Both the position numbers and the translations under genes were made by a program. From positions 4,030,001 to 4,094,000 of the forward strand of contig NC_086098.1 in the NCBI RefSeq assembly GCF_963921235.1: 64,000 nucleotides of DNA, written 5' to 3'. Under the pieces are notes generated by a model, which did not search any database, had not been told where the DNA came from, and saw only the letters and a program-made list of their open reading frames with translations. This document shows, piece after piece, positions 33,460 to 46,894 of the stretch. Numbering within the stretch: the stretch's first letter is position 1; each line of letters opens with the position of its first letter. The DNA comes from Mobula hypostoma (taxonomy: Eukaryota).

Positions 33460-36378
33460 ATAAGACCATAAGACCATTAGATATAGGAACAGAAGTAGGC
33501 ATTTGGCCCATCGAGTCTGCCCTGTCATTCAATCATGGGCTGATCCAATTCTTCCAGTCATCCCCACTCCCCTGCCTTCTCCCCATACCCTTTGATGCCC
33601 TGGCTAATCAAGAACCTATCTAACTCTGCCTTAAATACACCCAATGACTTGGCCTCCACAGCCACTCATGGCAACAAATTCCACAGATTTACCAGCCTCT
33701 GACTAAAGTAATTTCTCCGCATCTCTGTTCTAAAATAAGGAACCCAAAACTGCATACAATAATAAGTGTGGTCTCATGAGTGCCTTACAGAGCCTCAACA
33801 TCACATCCCTGCTGTTATGTTCTATACCTCTAGAAATGAATGTCAACATTACATTCGCTGCCTTTGCCACTGACTCAACCTGGAGGTTAACCTTTAGGGT
33901 ATCTTGCACAAGGACTCCCAAGTCCCTTTGCATCTCTGCATTTTGAATTCTCTCCCCATCTAAATAACAGTCTGTCCATTTATTTCTTCCACCAAAGTGC
34001 ATGACAATGCACTTTCCAACATTGTATTATTACATTTGCCACTTTTTTGCCCATTTCCCTAAACAATCAAAGTCTCTCTGCAGACTGTTTCCTCAACACT
34101 ACCCGCTCCTCCACCTATCTATGTATCATCAGTAAATTTAGTCACAAATCCATTAATCCCATAGTCCAAACTCATTGACATACATTGAAAAAAGCAGCGG
34201 TCCCAACACCGACCCCTGTGGAACTCCACTGGTAACCAGCAGCCAGCCAGAATATTCCCACTCTCTGTTTTCTCTGATCAGCCAATGTTCCACCCATGCT
34301 AGTAACATCCCTGTAATTCCATGGGCTCTTATCTTGCTAAGCAGCCTCATGTGTGACACCTTGTCAAAGGCCTTCTCAAAACCCAAGTACATTACATCTA
34401 CTGCATCTCCTTTGCTTGTAATTTCCTCAAAAAATTGCAGTTGGTTAGTCAGGCAGGATTTTCCTTTCAGGAAACTATGCTGGCTTTGGCCTATCTTGTC
34501 ATATGGCCTCCAGGTACTCCGTAATCTCATCCTTAACAATCGATTCCAACAACTTCCCAACCACTGATGTCAGGCTAACAGGTCTATTGTTTCATTTCTG
34601 CTGCCTCCCACCCTTCTTAAATAGTGGAGTAACATTTGCAATTTTCCAGTCATCCAGTACAATGCTGGAAAACAGATTATTATCTGAATGGTGGCCGATT
34701 AGGAAAAGGGGAGGTGCAACGAGACCTGGGTGTCATTATACACCAGTCATTGAAAGTGGGCATGCAGGTACAGCAGGCGGTGAAAAAGGCAAATGGTATG
34801 CTGGCATTTATAGCGAGAGGATTCGAGTACAGGAGCAGGGAGGTACTACTGCAGTTGTACAAGGCCTTGGTGAGACCACACCTGGAGTATTGTGTGCAGT
34901 TTTGGTCCCCTAATCTGAGGAAAGACACCTTTGCCATAGAGGGAGTACAAAGAAGGTTCACCAGATTGATTCCTGGGATGGCAGGACTTTCATATGAAGA
35001 AAGACTGGATGAACTGGGCTTGTACTCGTTGGAATTTAGAAGATTGAGGGGGGATCTGATTGAAACGTATAAGATCCTAAAGGGATTGGACAGGCTAGAT
35101 GCAGGAAGATTGTTGCCGATGTTGGGGAAGTCCAGAACGAGGGGTCACAGTTTGAGGATAGAGGGGAAGCCTTTTAGGACCGAGATTAGGAAAAACTTCT
35201 TCACACAGAGAGTGGTGAATCTGTGGAATTCTCTGCCACAGGAAACTGTTGAGGCCAGTTCATTGGCTATGTTTAAGAGGGAGTTAGATATGGGCCTTGT
35301 GGCTACAGGGGTCAGGGGGTATGGAGGGAAGGCTGGGGCGGGGTTCTGAGTTGGATGATCAGCCATGATCATAATAAATGGCGGTGCAGGCTCGAAGGGC
35401 CGAATGGCCTACTCCTGCACCTATTTTCTATGCCAGAATCTATCGATTCTTGAGAGATTATTGCTAATGCCTCCGCAATCTCTCCAGCCACTTCCTTTAG
35501 AACTCAAGGGTGCATTCCATCAGGTCCAGGAGATTTATCTACCCTCAGACCATTAAGCTTCCTGAGCACCTTCTCAGTCGTAATTTTCACTGCATATACT
35601 TCACCTCCCTGGCACTTGAATGCCTGGTATACTGCAGATGTCTTCCACTGTGAAGACTGATGCAAAATACACATTCAGTTCCTCTGCCTTCTCTGCATCT
35701 CTCATTATAAAATCTTCAGCGTCATTTTCTATTGGTCCTATATCTACCCTCAACTCTCTTTTACCCTTTATATACTTGAAAAAGCTTTTAGTATCTTCTT
35801 TGATATGAGTCACCAGCTTCCCTTCATAATTCATCTTTTCCTTCCTAATGACCTTCTTAGTTTTCTTCTGCAAGTTTTTAAAAGCTTCCCAATCCTCTAT
35901 CTTCCCACTTCCTTTGGCTTCCTTTTATGCCCTCTCTATTGCTTTTACTTTGGCTCTGACTTCACTTGTCAGCCACGGTAGTGTCCTTCTTCCATTCGAA
36001 AATTTCTTCTTATTTGGAATACTATATATCTGTCTTGCACTTCCCTCATTTTTCACAGAAACTCCAGCCATTGCTGCTCTGCTGTCCTTTGTTCTAGTGT
36101 CCCTTTCCAGTCAATTTTGGCCAGTTCCCCTCTCATGCCATTGTAATTTCCTTTATTCCACTGAAATACCAACACATTGGAATTTAGTTTCTCCTTCTCA
36201 AATTTCAAAGTGAACTCGATCATATTGTGATCACTGTTCCCTAAAGGTTCCTTAACCTTAAGCTCTCTTATTACCTCCGGATCATTCCACTAGTAACTCA
36301 ACAACAAGCTGTTCTAAAAAGCCATCCCTTTGACATCTACAAATTCTCTCTTTTGATGTCCAGTACTGGCCTGATTTT
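33460..36378 (-). mobile_element. CR1 ORF2 (degenerate, with deletions), split by a young CR1
   Basis: ORFs 33730-34002, 34153-34560 and 35601-35873, with a (TCTTATGG) tail. Confidence 0.85.
34653..35432 (+). mobile_element. Young CR1 copy (family A), 5'-truncated
   Basis: Open ORF to 35349, near-identical to 22619-23400. Confidence 0.95.
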
Positions 36379-36629
36379 CTGCCTGGATTTTATCCACAAA
36401 GACAAAATAATATAAACTTAAGAGCACTTGAAGATGAGATATTGACTGAACTTGGGGTTTTCAGTGCTGTTGTTGGTTGTTTGAGTGATCCTTACATCAG
36501 TACATTAGGCAATGAATCTTTTGGTGAGGCAGAGCAAAAGGGGAAATAGCTTCATTTTGTTCTCCAGGTGCTTTATGCACATCTTAGTGTGAGGTAAATT
36601 TTTATTTGGTCATTCTGGGACACAACCTA

Positions 36630-37100
36630 ATATGTGCCGGTGGTGGGGAGGGTCCAGAGGAGATTCACATGAGAATTATCCCAGGAATGAAGATGAAAAT
36701 GTACAAGGAGTGTTTGATGGCCCTGGGCTGGAGTTTAGAAGAATCTCAGTGAAAGGGCCAGAAAAAGTGGATGTGGAGAAAATGTTTCCTATAGTGAGGG
36801 AGTCTAGGACCAGAGGGTACAGTGTCAAAATACAAATAGTCCTTCTAAAACAGAGATGAGGAGAGATTTCTTTGGCCAGAGAGTGGTGAATCTGTGGAAT
36901 TCATTGCCACTGCCACCTGCGGGGGCCAAGTCATAAGGCATATTTAAAGTGGAAGTTGGTAGGCTCTTGATTAGTCAGGGAGTCAAAGGTTACAGGGAGA
37001 AGGCAGGTGACTGGGGTTGAGAGGCAAATGGATCAGCCACGATGGAACGATGGAGCAGACGCGGCTAACACTGCTCCTGTGTCTTATGGTCGTATGGTCT
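36630..37100 (+). mobile_element. CR1 3' fragment
   Basis: KVDVEKMFPIVRESRTRG and the 3' UTR. Confidence 0.75.
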
Positions 37101-37954
37101 AATTTGCCAGAGGAGGCCATCCAATTGGAATACCTGCCTCTGTCCACTTCCACTAACATCAGGCATAGAGGCTACTCCTGTTTTTTTGCTGTTTTTGAGT
37201 GGTTTGATCAGTGATGCGGACTGGAGCGCTTCAGCGAGGAGTGACCCTGTGGCCTGCGGTGGGCCAGTGGCATGCTGCTGAACTGAACTAAACTGAATAC
37301 CACCAGACACCTGATTTGATGCTCATATTCCACGTGTTGTTTGCTAGCTTTTTTCCACTTGCACAATTTGTCCTTTTTTTTGTGCGTTAGGTGTTTGATG
37401 TTTTCTTGAAAGGAGTTTCTTTGTTTCTCGGCTGCCTGTGGGAGGACGAATCGCAGAGTTGTATTCTGATTGCTTACTTGGATAATAATTGTGCTCTGAT
37501 TCTTTAGAATACCGAACATGGAACAATACAGCACAGTGCAGGCCCTTCAGCCCACAATGTCGCGCCTACTCCAAGATCAATCTAACTCCCTTCTGCATAG
37601 TTCTCCATTCTTCATTCATCCATGTGCCTATCTAAGAGTAGAAAACTGGTCGGGGGTAGGTCCACCATTCAGATGTTGATATAAACACATAATTCCTTTT
37701 ACAAATTACAGCCTTTAGGGACTAGATCTGCCTTAGCGGAACCATAAATGTAAATTTTATGTTTTGATCAGTTTCTTTAAACTGTGCATAGTTGATAGTG
37801 CTGCAAAAACAATTATCAAACTGACTTAATGAGTATAATTAATGTCTTTTATTTAAAAGGGCAAATTCTATCCACTCATGATTTTAAGAATGATATAAGT
37901 GAAGTACAAGGGTGACAAAGGGACCAGCAGGAAATACCATCACAAAGATGGTGG

Positions 37955-38455
37955 AAGATGGTGGATACAACCCAGTCCCTCACAGGCAAAGCCCTCTCCA
38001 TCACTGAGCACATTTACAAGGAGCACTACCATATGAAGGCAGCATCCATCATCAGCGACCCCACCATCCAGGCCACACTCTCTTCCTGCTACTACCATCA
38101 GGGAGGAGGAACAAAAGCCTTAGGTCACACACCACCAGGTTCAGAAATAGTTATTACCCTACAACCACCTGGCTCCTGAACTGGCAAGGCTAACTTCACT
38201 CACCACGACTTTGAATTGATCTATGACCTACACACTCACTTTCAAGAACTCTTTACAACTGATGTTCTCGCTATTTATTTGCAGTTTCTCTTCTTTTACC
38301 TATTGATTGTTTGTTGGTCTTTGGCAGTTTTTGTACAGACTTTTGTAAATTGTATTGCATTTCTTTTTTTCCCTGAGAATGCCTGCAAGAAAATGAATCT
38401 CTTGGTAGTAAATGGAAACATATACATACTTGGAGGATAAATTTACTTAGAACTT
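37955..38455 (+). mobile_element. Rex1 3' fragment
   Basis: VDTTQSLTGKALS..EHIY...KAASIISDP. Confidence 0.75.
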
Positions 38456-39023
38456 TGTAAATTAGGACCGGACAAACGTCTGAATAAGATGCATTGCATA
38501 GGAGATGCTACTGGAGACTTTGATGCTGGTGGGGGGCGACGGTGGTGAAGTTGCACTGAAATTAAAACAAGGTACTCGTCTTTTGACTCTGTGACAGGAA
38601 GCTCCCAAACATTTTAGAAATGGGAATTGCAGCCAATGTCAGTATGTATGTAACTATCTATTTATTTATTGCCCTTCAGACCCTATGAGCCGTGCCACCT
38701 AGCAACCCCTAACCACAAGACAATTTGCAATGACCAATTAACCTACCAACCCGTACATCTTTGGGTTGTGGGACAAAACCGGAGTACCCGGAGGAAACTC
38801 ACGCATTTCATCCTTCCAGATGATGTCGGAATTAAACTCTGAACTCCCACGCCCTGAGCTGTAATAGCATCTCACTCCCATGTGAATAATGAATTACATT
38901 TAGCATCTTAGAACATACACACAGCACAGTGCAGGCTCTTTGGCCCATGATGTGCCAAACTTCATGCCTTCTCCAAGATCGTCTAATCTTTCCCAGACCA
39001 ATGTAAGAAACAGAAAGTTGTAA

Positions 39024-39168
39024 TAGAAACATAGAAACATAGAAAATAGGTGCAGGAGTAGGCCATTCGGCCCTTCGAGCCTGCACCGCCATTTATTATG
39101 ATCATGGCTGATCATCCAACTCAGAACCCAGCCTTCCCTCCATACCCCCTGACCCCTGTAGCCACAAG
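39024..39168 (-). mobile_element. Young CR1 family A 3' tip
   Basis: Matches 22619-22760. Confidence 0.9.
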
Positions 39169-41630
39169 GTAATGGTAGCTAATGGTAGGGGATTTTACCT
39201 TTCCACATATTGACTGGGACTCCCATACTGTGAAGGGGTTAGATGGCTTGGAGTTTGTCAAATGTGTTCAGGAAAGTTTTCTAAGTCAACATATAGAGGT
39301 ACCTACAGGAGAGGATGCAATACTTGATCTCCTATTAGGGAACCAGACAGGTCAGGTGACAGAAGTATGTGTAGGCGAACATTTTGGGTCCAGTGACCAT
39401 AAGGTAATTAGTTTGAAGTTACTTATGGATAAGGATAGGTCTGGTCCTCGAGTTGAGGTTCTAAATTGGAGAAGGGCTAATTTTGTAGAAATGAGAAAGG
39501 ATCTAGGAAGAGTGGATTGGGATAAGTTGTTTTCTGGCAAGGATGTGTTCAGTATGTGGAAGGCCTTCAAAGGCGGAATTTTGAGAGTGCAGAGTTTGCA
39601 TGTTCCTGCCAGGATTAAAGGCAAAGTTAACAGGCATAGGGAACTTTGGTTTTCAAGGGATGCTGGCGATCTGGTTAAGAAAAAGAAAGAGGTGTATCGC
39701 AGGTATAGGCAACAAGGAACAAGTGAGGTGCTTGAAGAGTATAGAAAATGTAAGAAAATACTAAAGAAGGAAATCAGGAAGGCAAAAAGAAGACATGAGG
39801 TTGCTTTGGCAGATAATGTGAAGGTAACCCAAAGAGTTTCTACAAGTATATCAAGAGTAAAAGGATAGTAAGGGACAAAATTGGTCCCCAAGAAGATCAA
39901 AGTGGTTGTCTATGTGTGGAGCCTCACAAGATGGGGGAGATCTTAAACAATTTTTTTGCATCAGTATTTACTCAGGAAACTGGCATATTGTGTATGGAAG
40001 GAAGGGAAACAAGCAGTAGTGTCATGGAACATACAGAGATTAAAGAGGAGGAGGTGCTTGCTGCCTTACAGCGAATAAAGGTAGATAAATCACCTGGGCC
40101 TGACATGATATTTCCTCGGACCTTGAGAGATACTAGTGTAGAAATTGCGAGGGCCCTGGCAGAAATATTTAAAATGTCCTTAGCCACGGGTGTGGTGCCG
40201 GAGGATTGGAGGGTAGCTCATGTTGTTCTGTTGTTTAAAAAAGACTCCAAAAGTAAACCAGGTAATTACAGGCCGGTGAGCCTGACATCAATAATAGGTA
40301 AATTATTGGAAGGTGTTCTGAGAGATCGGATGTACAAGTATTTGGACAGCCAAGGGCTGACTAAGGATAGTCAGCATGGCTTTGTGCGTGGTAGATTGTG
40401 TTTGACGAATCTTGTAGAGTTTTTCGAGGAGGTTACCAAGAAAGTAGATGAAGGAAAGGCTGTGGATGTTGTCTACATGGATTTTAGTAAGGCCTTTGAC
40501 AAGGTCCCACATGGGAGGTTACTTCAGAAGGTACAGACACCAGGTATTCATGGAGAGGTTGTAAACTGGATTTGAAATTGGCTGTCTGGGAGAAGACAGA
40601 GAGTGGTAGTGGATGATTGCTTCTCAGACTGGAGGCCTGTGACTAGTGGTGTGCCTCAGGGATCTGTGCTGGGACCATTGTTGTCTGTTGTCTATATCAA
40701 TGATCTAGATAATAATGTGGTAAATTGGATCAGTAAGTTTGCTGATGACACTAAGATTGGAGGCATTGTGGACAGCGAGGAAGGCTTTCAAAGTTTGCAG
40801 AGGGATCTGGACCAACTGGAAAAATGGGCCAGAAAAAGGCAGATGGAATATAATGCAGACAAGTGTGAGGTGTTGCATTTTGGAAGGACAAATCAAGGTA
40901 GGACATACACAGTAAATGGTAGGGCACTGAGGAGTGCGGAGGAACAAAGGGACCTGGGAGTTCAGATACATAATTCCCTGAAAGTGGCATCACAGGTAGA
41001 CAGGGTTGTAATAAAGGCTTTTGGCATTCTGGCATTCATAAATCAAAGTACTGAGTGTAAGAGTTGGGATGTTATGGTGAGGTTGTATAAGACATTGGTG
41101 AAGCTAAATTTGGAGTATTGTATGCAGTTCTAGTCACCTAACTATAGGAAGGATATCAGTAAGATTGAAAGAGTGCAGAGAAGGTTTACTAGGATGTTGC
41201 CGGGTCTTCAGAACTTGAGTTACAGAGAAAGATTGAACAGGTTAGGTCTTTATTCCTTGGAGCGTAGAAGAATGAGGGGAGATTTGATAGAGGTTTACAA
41301 AATTATGTGGGGTCTAGACAGAGTAAATGCGAGTAGGCTCTTTCCACTTAGATTAGGAGAGATAAATACGAGAGGACATGGCTTTAGAGAGAAAGGGGAA
41401 AGGTTTAGGGGGAACTTCTCCACTCAGAGAGTGGTGGGAGCGTGGAACGAGCTGCTGTCTGACGTGGTAAATGCGGGCTCACTCTTAAGTTTGAAGAATA
41501 AATTGGATAGATACATGGGTGGAAGAGGTCTGGAGGGTTATGGACTATGGGACTAGTGGAATAATGTTTCGGCACAGAGTAGAACAGCCAAATGGCCTGT
41601 TTTCTGTGCTGTGGTGTTCTATGGTTCTAC
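39169..41630 (+). mobile_element. CR1 LINE, most of ORF2 (endonuclease C-terminus, RT, 3' UTR), disrupted
   Basis: Consecutive ORFs 39182-39868, 39916-40575, 40603-41133 (KFADD) and 41173-41556. Confidence 0.95.
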
Positions 41631-41952
41631 TTACAAAGTTCTCTGTTTTTTTATCATCCTTGTGCCTAAGAGTTTCACAAATGCTCCTCATGTATGTGCA
41701 TCTGGTACCACCTGAGGCACCAGATTTCACGTACCCACCACTCTCTGTGTAATGACATCCTCCCCTAAACTTTCCTCCAGTCACCTTAAATACCCCTCAT
41801 TTTAGCCATTTCCACCCTGGGGAAAACTCTCAGGCTGCCCACTCAATCTATGCCTCTTATCATCTTGTACACATTGATAAAGGCACTTCTTATCCTCCTT
41901 CACTCCAAAGAGAAACGTCCTAGTTTGCACAACCTATCCTCATAACACATAT

Positions 41953-43040
41953 AACACACATCGAAGTCGCTGGTGAACGCAGCAGGCCAGGCAGCATCTC
42001 TAGGAAGAGGTACAGTCGACACTTCAGGCCGAGACCCTTCCTCAGGACTAACTGAAGGAAGAGTTAGTAAGAGATTTGAAAGTGGGAGGGGAAGGGGGAG
42101 ATCCAAAATGATGGGAGAAGACAGGAGGGGGAGGGATGGAGCCAAGAGCTGGACAGGTGATTGGCAAAGGGGATATGAGAGGATCATGGGACAGGAGGTC
42201 CGGGGAGAAAGACAAGGGGGGTGGAACCCAGAGGATGGGCAAGGGGTATAGTCAGAGGGAAAGAGGGAGAAAAAGGAGAGAGAGAGAAAGAATGTGTGTA
42301 TATAAATAAATAACGGATGGGGTACGAGGCGGGGGGGGGGGCATTAGCAGAAGTTAGAGAAGTCAATGTTCATGCCATCAGGTTGGAGGCTACCCAGACG
42401 GAATATAAGGTGTTGTTCCTCCACCTGAGTGTGGCTTCATGTTTACAGTAGAGGAGGCCGTGGATAGACATGTCAGAATGGGAATGGGATGTGGAATTAA
42501 AATGTGTGGCCACTGGGAGATCCTGCTTTCTCTGGCGGACAGAGCGTAGGTGTTCAGCAAAGCGGTCTCCCAGTCTGCGTCGGGTCTCGCCAATATATAG
42601 AAGGCCACAGCGGGAGCACCGGACGCAGTATATCACCCCAGCCGACTCACAGGTGAAGTGTCGCCTCACCTGGAAGGACTGTCTGGGGCCCTGAATGGTG
42701 GTAAGGGAGGAAGTGTAAGGGCATGTGTAGCACTTGTTCCGCTTACAAGGATAAGTGCCAGGAAGGAGATCAGTGGGGAGGGATGGGGGGAGATGCGTTT
42801 GAGAGCAGAGTTGATGGTGGAGGAAGGGAAGCCCCTTTCTTTAAAAAAAAAGGAGGACATCTCCTTCATCCTGGAATGAAAAGCCTCATCCTGAGAGCAG
42901 ATGTGGTGAAGACAGAGGAATTGTGAGAAGGGGATGGCATTTTTGCAAGAGACAGGGTGAGAAGAGGAATAGTCCAGACAGACAGGGTGAGAAGAGGAAT
43001 AGTCCAGATTTCCAGCATCTGCAGAATTCCTGTTGTTTTT
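41953..43040 (-). mobile_element. Penelope-like element (GIY-YIG region) with short inverted terminus
   Basis: ORF 42370-42669 GVIYCVRCSRCGLLYIGET, hammerhead variant at 42014-42049, inverted tail at about 43008-43040. Confidence 0.9.
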
Positions 43041-43327
43041 GTCATAAATTTTGTTTTCTCTTTTCTCTTGAGATCAGCTGTTAGTACAGCGCTGTAAGCT
43101 GCTTGCTGCGTTCCTCGGGCATTTTTGGTGTGCTGCTCCAGGTTTCCAGCATCTGCCATATGTCTTGTGTCTCTGTGAAACTACTAGTTGTGCTTGAATA
43201 TTTATACTTGGGCTCTGGACAAACACGTTTTAACAGAGAAGGGGTAATTTTTTCACAGTGGATGGAACAGCATGATTTAAAGGATTTGGCTTCTGAAGAT
43301 GCACGCTAACATAGAAAAGCTCAACTT

Positions 43328-43725
43328 AGCAACACACACAAAATGCTGGAGGAACTCAGCAGGTCTGGCAGCATCCATGGAAATGAAGAAATAGTCAACA
43401 TTTTGGGCTGAGACCCTTCTTCAGGACTGGAGAGGAAGGGGGAAGACACCAGAATGAGATGATGGCGGGAGGGGAAAGAGGCTACTTGGAAGATGATAGG
43501 TGAAGCCAGGAGGGTAAAGGGCTGGAGAGGAAGGAATCTGATAGGAGAGGAGAGTGGACCAGAGGAGAAGGGGAAGGAGGGGACCCAGGAGGAGGAAATA
43601 GGTAGGTGAGAAGAGGTAAAGGGTCAGAGTGGGAAATACAGGAAGATGGGGGGGATGTATTTTGCATCTTGGCACAAGAGGAGGCCACTGACTGACATGT
43701 TGGAATGGGAATAGGAATTGGAAGT
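43328..43725 (-). mobile_element. Older PLE terminal fragment
   Basis: ACACACAAAATGCTGGAGGAACTCAGCAGG...GAGACCCTTCTTCAGGACT. Confidence 0.75.
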
Positions 43726-43739
43726 GTCACACCAACATA

Positions 43740-44030
43740 GCACAATGCTATCACAGCTCAGGGTGTTCCAGAGCTTGAAGTTCAATTCTGGCTGTGAGGA
43801 GTCTCTGTACATTCTCACTGTACGTTCTATGGGTTTTTCCTGGCTGTTCCCGTTTCCCCTCGCACACTCCAAAGGTGTACGGGGTAGCTTTGCTGGTCAT
43901 TGTAAATTGCCCCGCGATGAGCCTAGGGTTAAAGCGGGGTTGGGGGTGGGGTTCCTGGGGCTGCTGGGCTGTCGTGGCACAAAGCACCAGAAAGGCTTAC
44001 TCCACGTTGTATTGTTAAATAAATAAAATA
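43740..44030 (+). mobile_element. V-SINE (degenerate)
   Basis: B-box-like AGTTCAATTC, V-domain remnants and a (TAAA)n tail. Confidence 0.65.
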
Positions 44031-44489
44031 AAAAAGCAAATGCAGTGCTTTGAGAAACATGTTGCCAGATTGAAGAAACAACCAACTATGCAAACAATGG
44101 AGGAAAAAGCAATTGGGTACAGACCTTTCACGTAGGTGTCACAGCTAAGCTGCAGAGAGAAAGTGCTGTGAGAGATACTGAAGTATTGACCTTTAGAGTT
44201 AACAAAGGGAAGTGGAGACCTGTGAAATTACAGTTACCAAACAGACGTGCAGTTTTGAGAATCTGCCAAGGCTCGAGCCAGTGGTGATGATAATCACAGA
44301 ATTTTAGTAAATGTTCATTGGATTAGGCAGAGATTTAGGAAAGAGGCATAAAGTCAGATAAACATGTTTTATTTTTGATATTGAAACAATCCAAATCGAG
44401 GCTTGAGCCCGGGTTAATGTAGTATACTGCATTTTCAGAAGGTTTTTGATGAGGTGCTACACAAGGGATATTTAAATAAAATTGTAAGT

Positions 44490-45830
44490 CCATAAGACTT
44501 AGGAACAGAACTTTGGCCCATTGAGTCTGCTCCGCCATTCCACCATGGGTGATTTATTATCCCTCTCAACTCTACTTTCCTGCCTTCTCACCGTAAACTT
44601 TGACACCCTGACTAATCAAGGATCTACCAACCTCCACTTTAAACACAAATCACTTGGCTTCCAGTTGTCTGTGGCAAAGAATCCACACATTCATCACACT
44701 CTGGCAAAAAAAAAACCCTTTTCCTCAACTCTGTTCTGATGTATGTTCCTCAATTCTGTGGCTGTGCCCTCTGGTCCTAGACTCCCCCAGTATAGGAAAC
44801 ATCCTCTCCACATCCACTCCGTGTAGGCCTTTCAATATTCGCAAACAACAGGAATTCTGCAGATGCTGGAAATTCAAGCAACACACATCAAAGCTGCTGG
44901 TGAACGCAGCAGGCCAGGCAGCATCTCTAGGAGGAGGTACAGTCGACGTGTCAGGACGAAGGGTCTTGGCCTGAAACATCGACTGTACCTCTTCCTAGAG
45001 ATGCTGCCTTTCAATATTCGATCGGTTTCAACGAGATCCCCCTCCCCATTCATTTGAATTCCAGGGAGGATAGGCCAGAGCCATCAATGCTCCTTGTATG
45101 TTAACCTTTTAATTCCTGGAATCATTCTTATGAACTTGCTCACATGCATGTACATACACTCGTCAGCTAAAGTAATTCTTCCTCACCTCCATTCCAAAAG
45201 GACGCTCCACTATTCTGAGGCTGTGTCCTTTGGTATTAAACTTCTCTTCCATAGGAAACATCCTCACCATATCCATTCTGTCGCCGCCTTTCAACATTCA
45301 ATAGGTTTCAATGAGGCCACCCCTTATTCTTCAGAATTCAACTGAGTACAGGCCCAGAGCTATTAAACGCTCCTCATATGACAAAACTTTCATCCTGGAA
45401 TCATTTTGGTGAACCTCCTTTCTATCTATCTCCAGTGTCAGCACATCCTTTCTAAGATAAGGGGTCCAAAACTGTTCACAATACTCTAAGAGAGACCTCA
45501 CCGGTTCTTTATTAAGTTTCAACATTACATCCCTGCTTTTATATCGACTCCTCTTGAAATGAATGCTAACTTCACATTTGCCTTCCTCACCACTGACTCG
45601 AACTGCAAATTAACCTCAGGGAATCCTGCACAAGGACTCCCAAGTCCCTTTGCACCTCTTAGCTTTGACTATTTACAAAATAGTCTGCATCTTTATTCCT
45701 TCTGCCAAGGTGCATGGTCGTACACTTCCCTACACTGTACAGCTTTGCCCATTCCCCAAATCTGTCCAAATCCTTCTTCAGACACCCTGTTTCCTCAACA
45801 CTACCTGCCCTTTCATCCATCTTCATGCTA
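44490..45830 (-). mobile_element. CR1 3' fragments (two copies)
   Basis: VDVERMFPILGESRTRGH and LEYCEQFWTPYLRKDVL. Confidence 0.8.
44842..45005. mobile_element. Fold-back mini-PLE
   Basis: PLE terminus plus an inverted arm. 15-bp TSD GCCTTTCAATATTCG at 44827-44841 and 45006-45020. Confidence 0.85.
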
Positions 45831-45834
45831 TTGA

Positions 45835-46655
45835 AAATATTAAAATTGGGTCTGTGGTTAGGAAGGCAAATACAATACTAGTATTCATTTTGAGAGAACT
45901 AGGATATAAAAGCAAGGATGTATTATTGAGACTTTATAAGGCATTGGTCAGACCACACAGAGTATTGTGAGCAGTTTTGGGCCCATTATCTAAGAAACTA
46001 TGTGTTGGCATTGGAGAGAACCCAGAGGAAGTTCGTGAGAATGATCCCAGGAATGAAAGGCCTAGATGTGTGGGCACGTGGCCAAGCGGTTAAGGCATTG
46101 GACTAGCTACCTGAAGGTCGTGAGTTCGAGCCCCAGCCGAGGCAGCGCGTGTGTCCTTGAGCAAGGCACTTAATCACACATTGCTCTGTGACAACACCGG
46201 TGCCAAGCTGTATGGGTCCTAATGCCCTTCCCTTGTCGTGGAGAGGGGAGACTTACAGCATAGGCAACCTTGCCCAGGCCTGCGCCCTGAAGAGTGAAGA
46301 CTTTCCAGGCGCAGATCCATGGTCTCGCAAGACTAACAGATGCCTTAAGATGTGGATGTGGAGAGGACGTTTCCTATAGTTAGGGAGTCTAGGGTCAGAG
46401 GACACAGGAGGAATTTCTTTGGCCAGAGAGGTGGTGGTAAATCTGTGGAATTTGTTGCCACAGATGGCTGTGGAGGTCAAATCATTGGGTATATTTAAAG
46501 CAAAAGTTCATAAGTTCTTGATTAGTCAGGGTGTCAAAGGTTACAGGGAGAAGAAAGACAATGGGGGTGAGAGGGATAATAAATTGGACATGATGGAATG
46601 GCAGAGCAGACTCGATGGGCTGAGTGGCCTCATTCTGCTCCCATGTCTTATGGTC
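45835..46655 (+). mobile_element. CR1 3' fragment split by a SINE
   Basis: LRLYKALVRPH...VVNLWNLLPQ. Confidence 0.8.
46071..46347 (+). mobile_element. tRNA-headed SINE with CORE-like body and RTE-like tail
   Basis: A box TGGCCAAGCGG, B box GAGTTCGAGCC, GTGTCCTTGAGCAAGGCACTTAA, CCTTGTCGTGGAGAGGGG, and TSD AGATGTG at 46064-46070 and 46348-46354. Confidence 0.8.
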
Positions 46656-46894
46656 TTAAAGCCAAAATTAAAGAAAATTGCAGTTGTTGGAAATCTGAAA
46701 CAAAATCAGAAAATGCTGGAAAAATCTCCATAGGTCAGTCAGCATCTGCGAAAAGAGAAGCAGAACTACTGCTTCAGACCGTTTGCCCAAATTGGGCAAG
46801 AGAGTTTTAAATTACAGAGAAGGATCATCTCTTTCATCCTGTAGGAGGAGACGAAGGTGGAAGGAAGTGGAAATAAGATGATCTCTCTCACTTT

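Noticed and set aside
46071..46145. tRNA gene
   Set aside because: It is the head of a TSD-flanked SINE, with no convincing cloverleaf or terminator. The same applies to 3905-3975.
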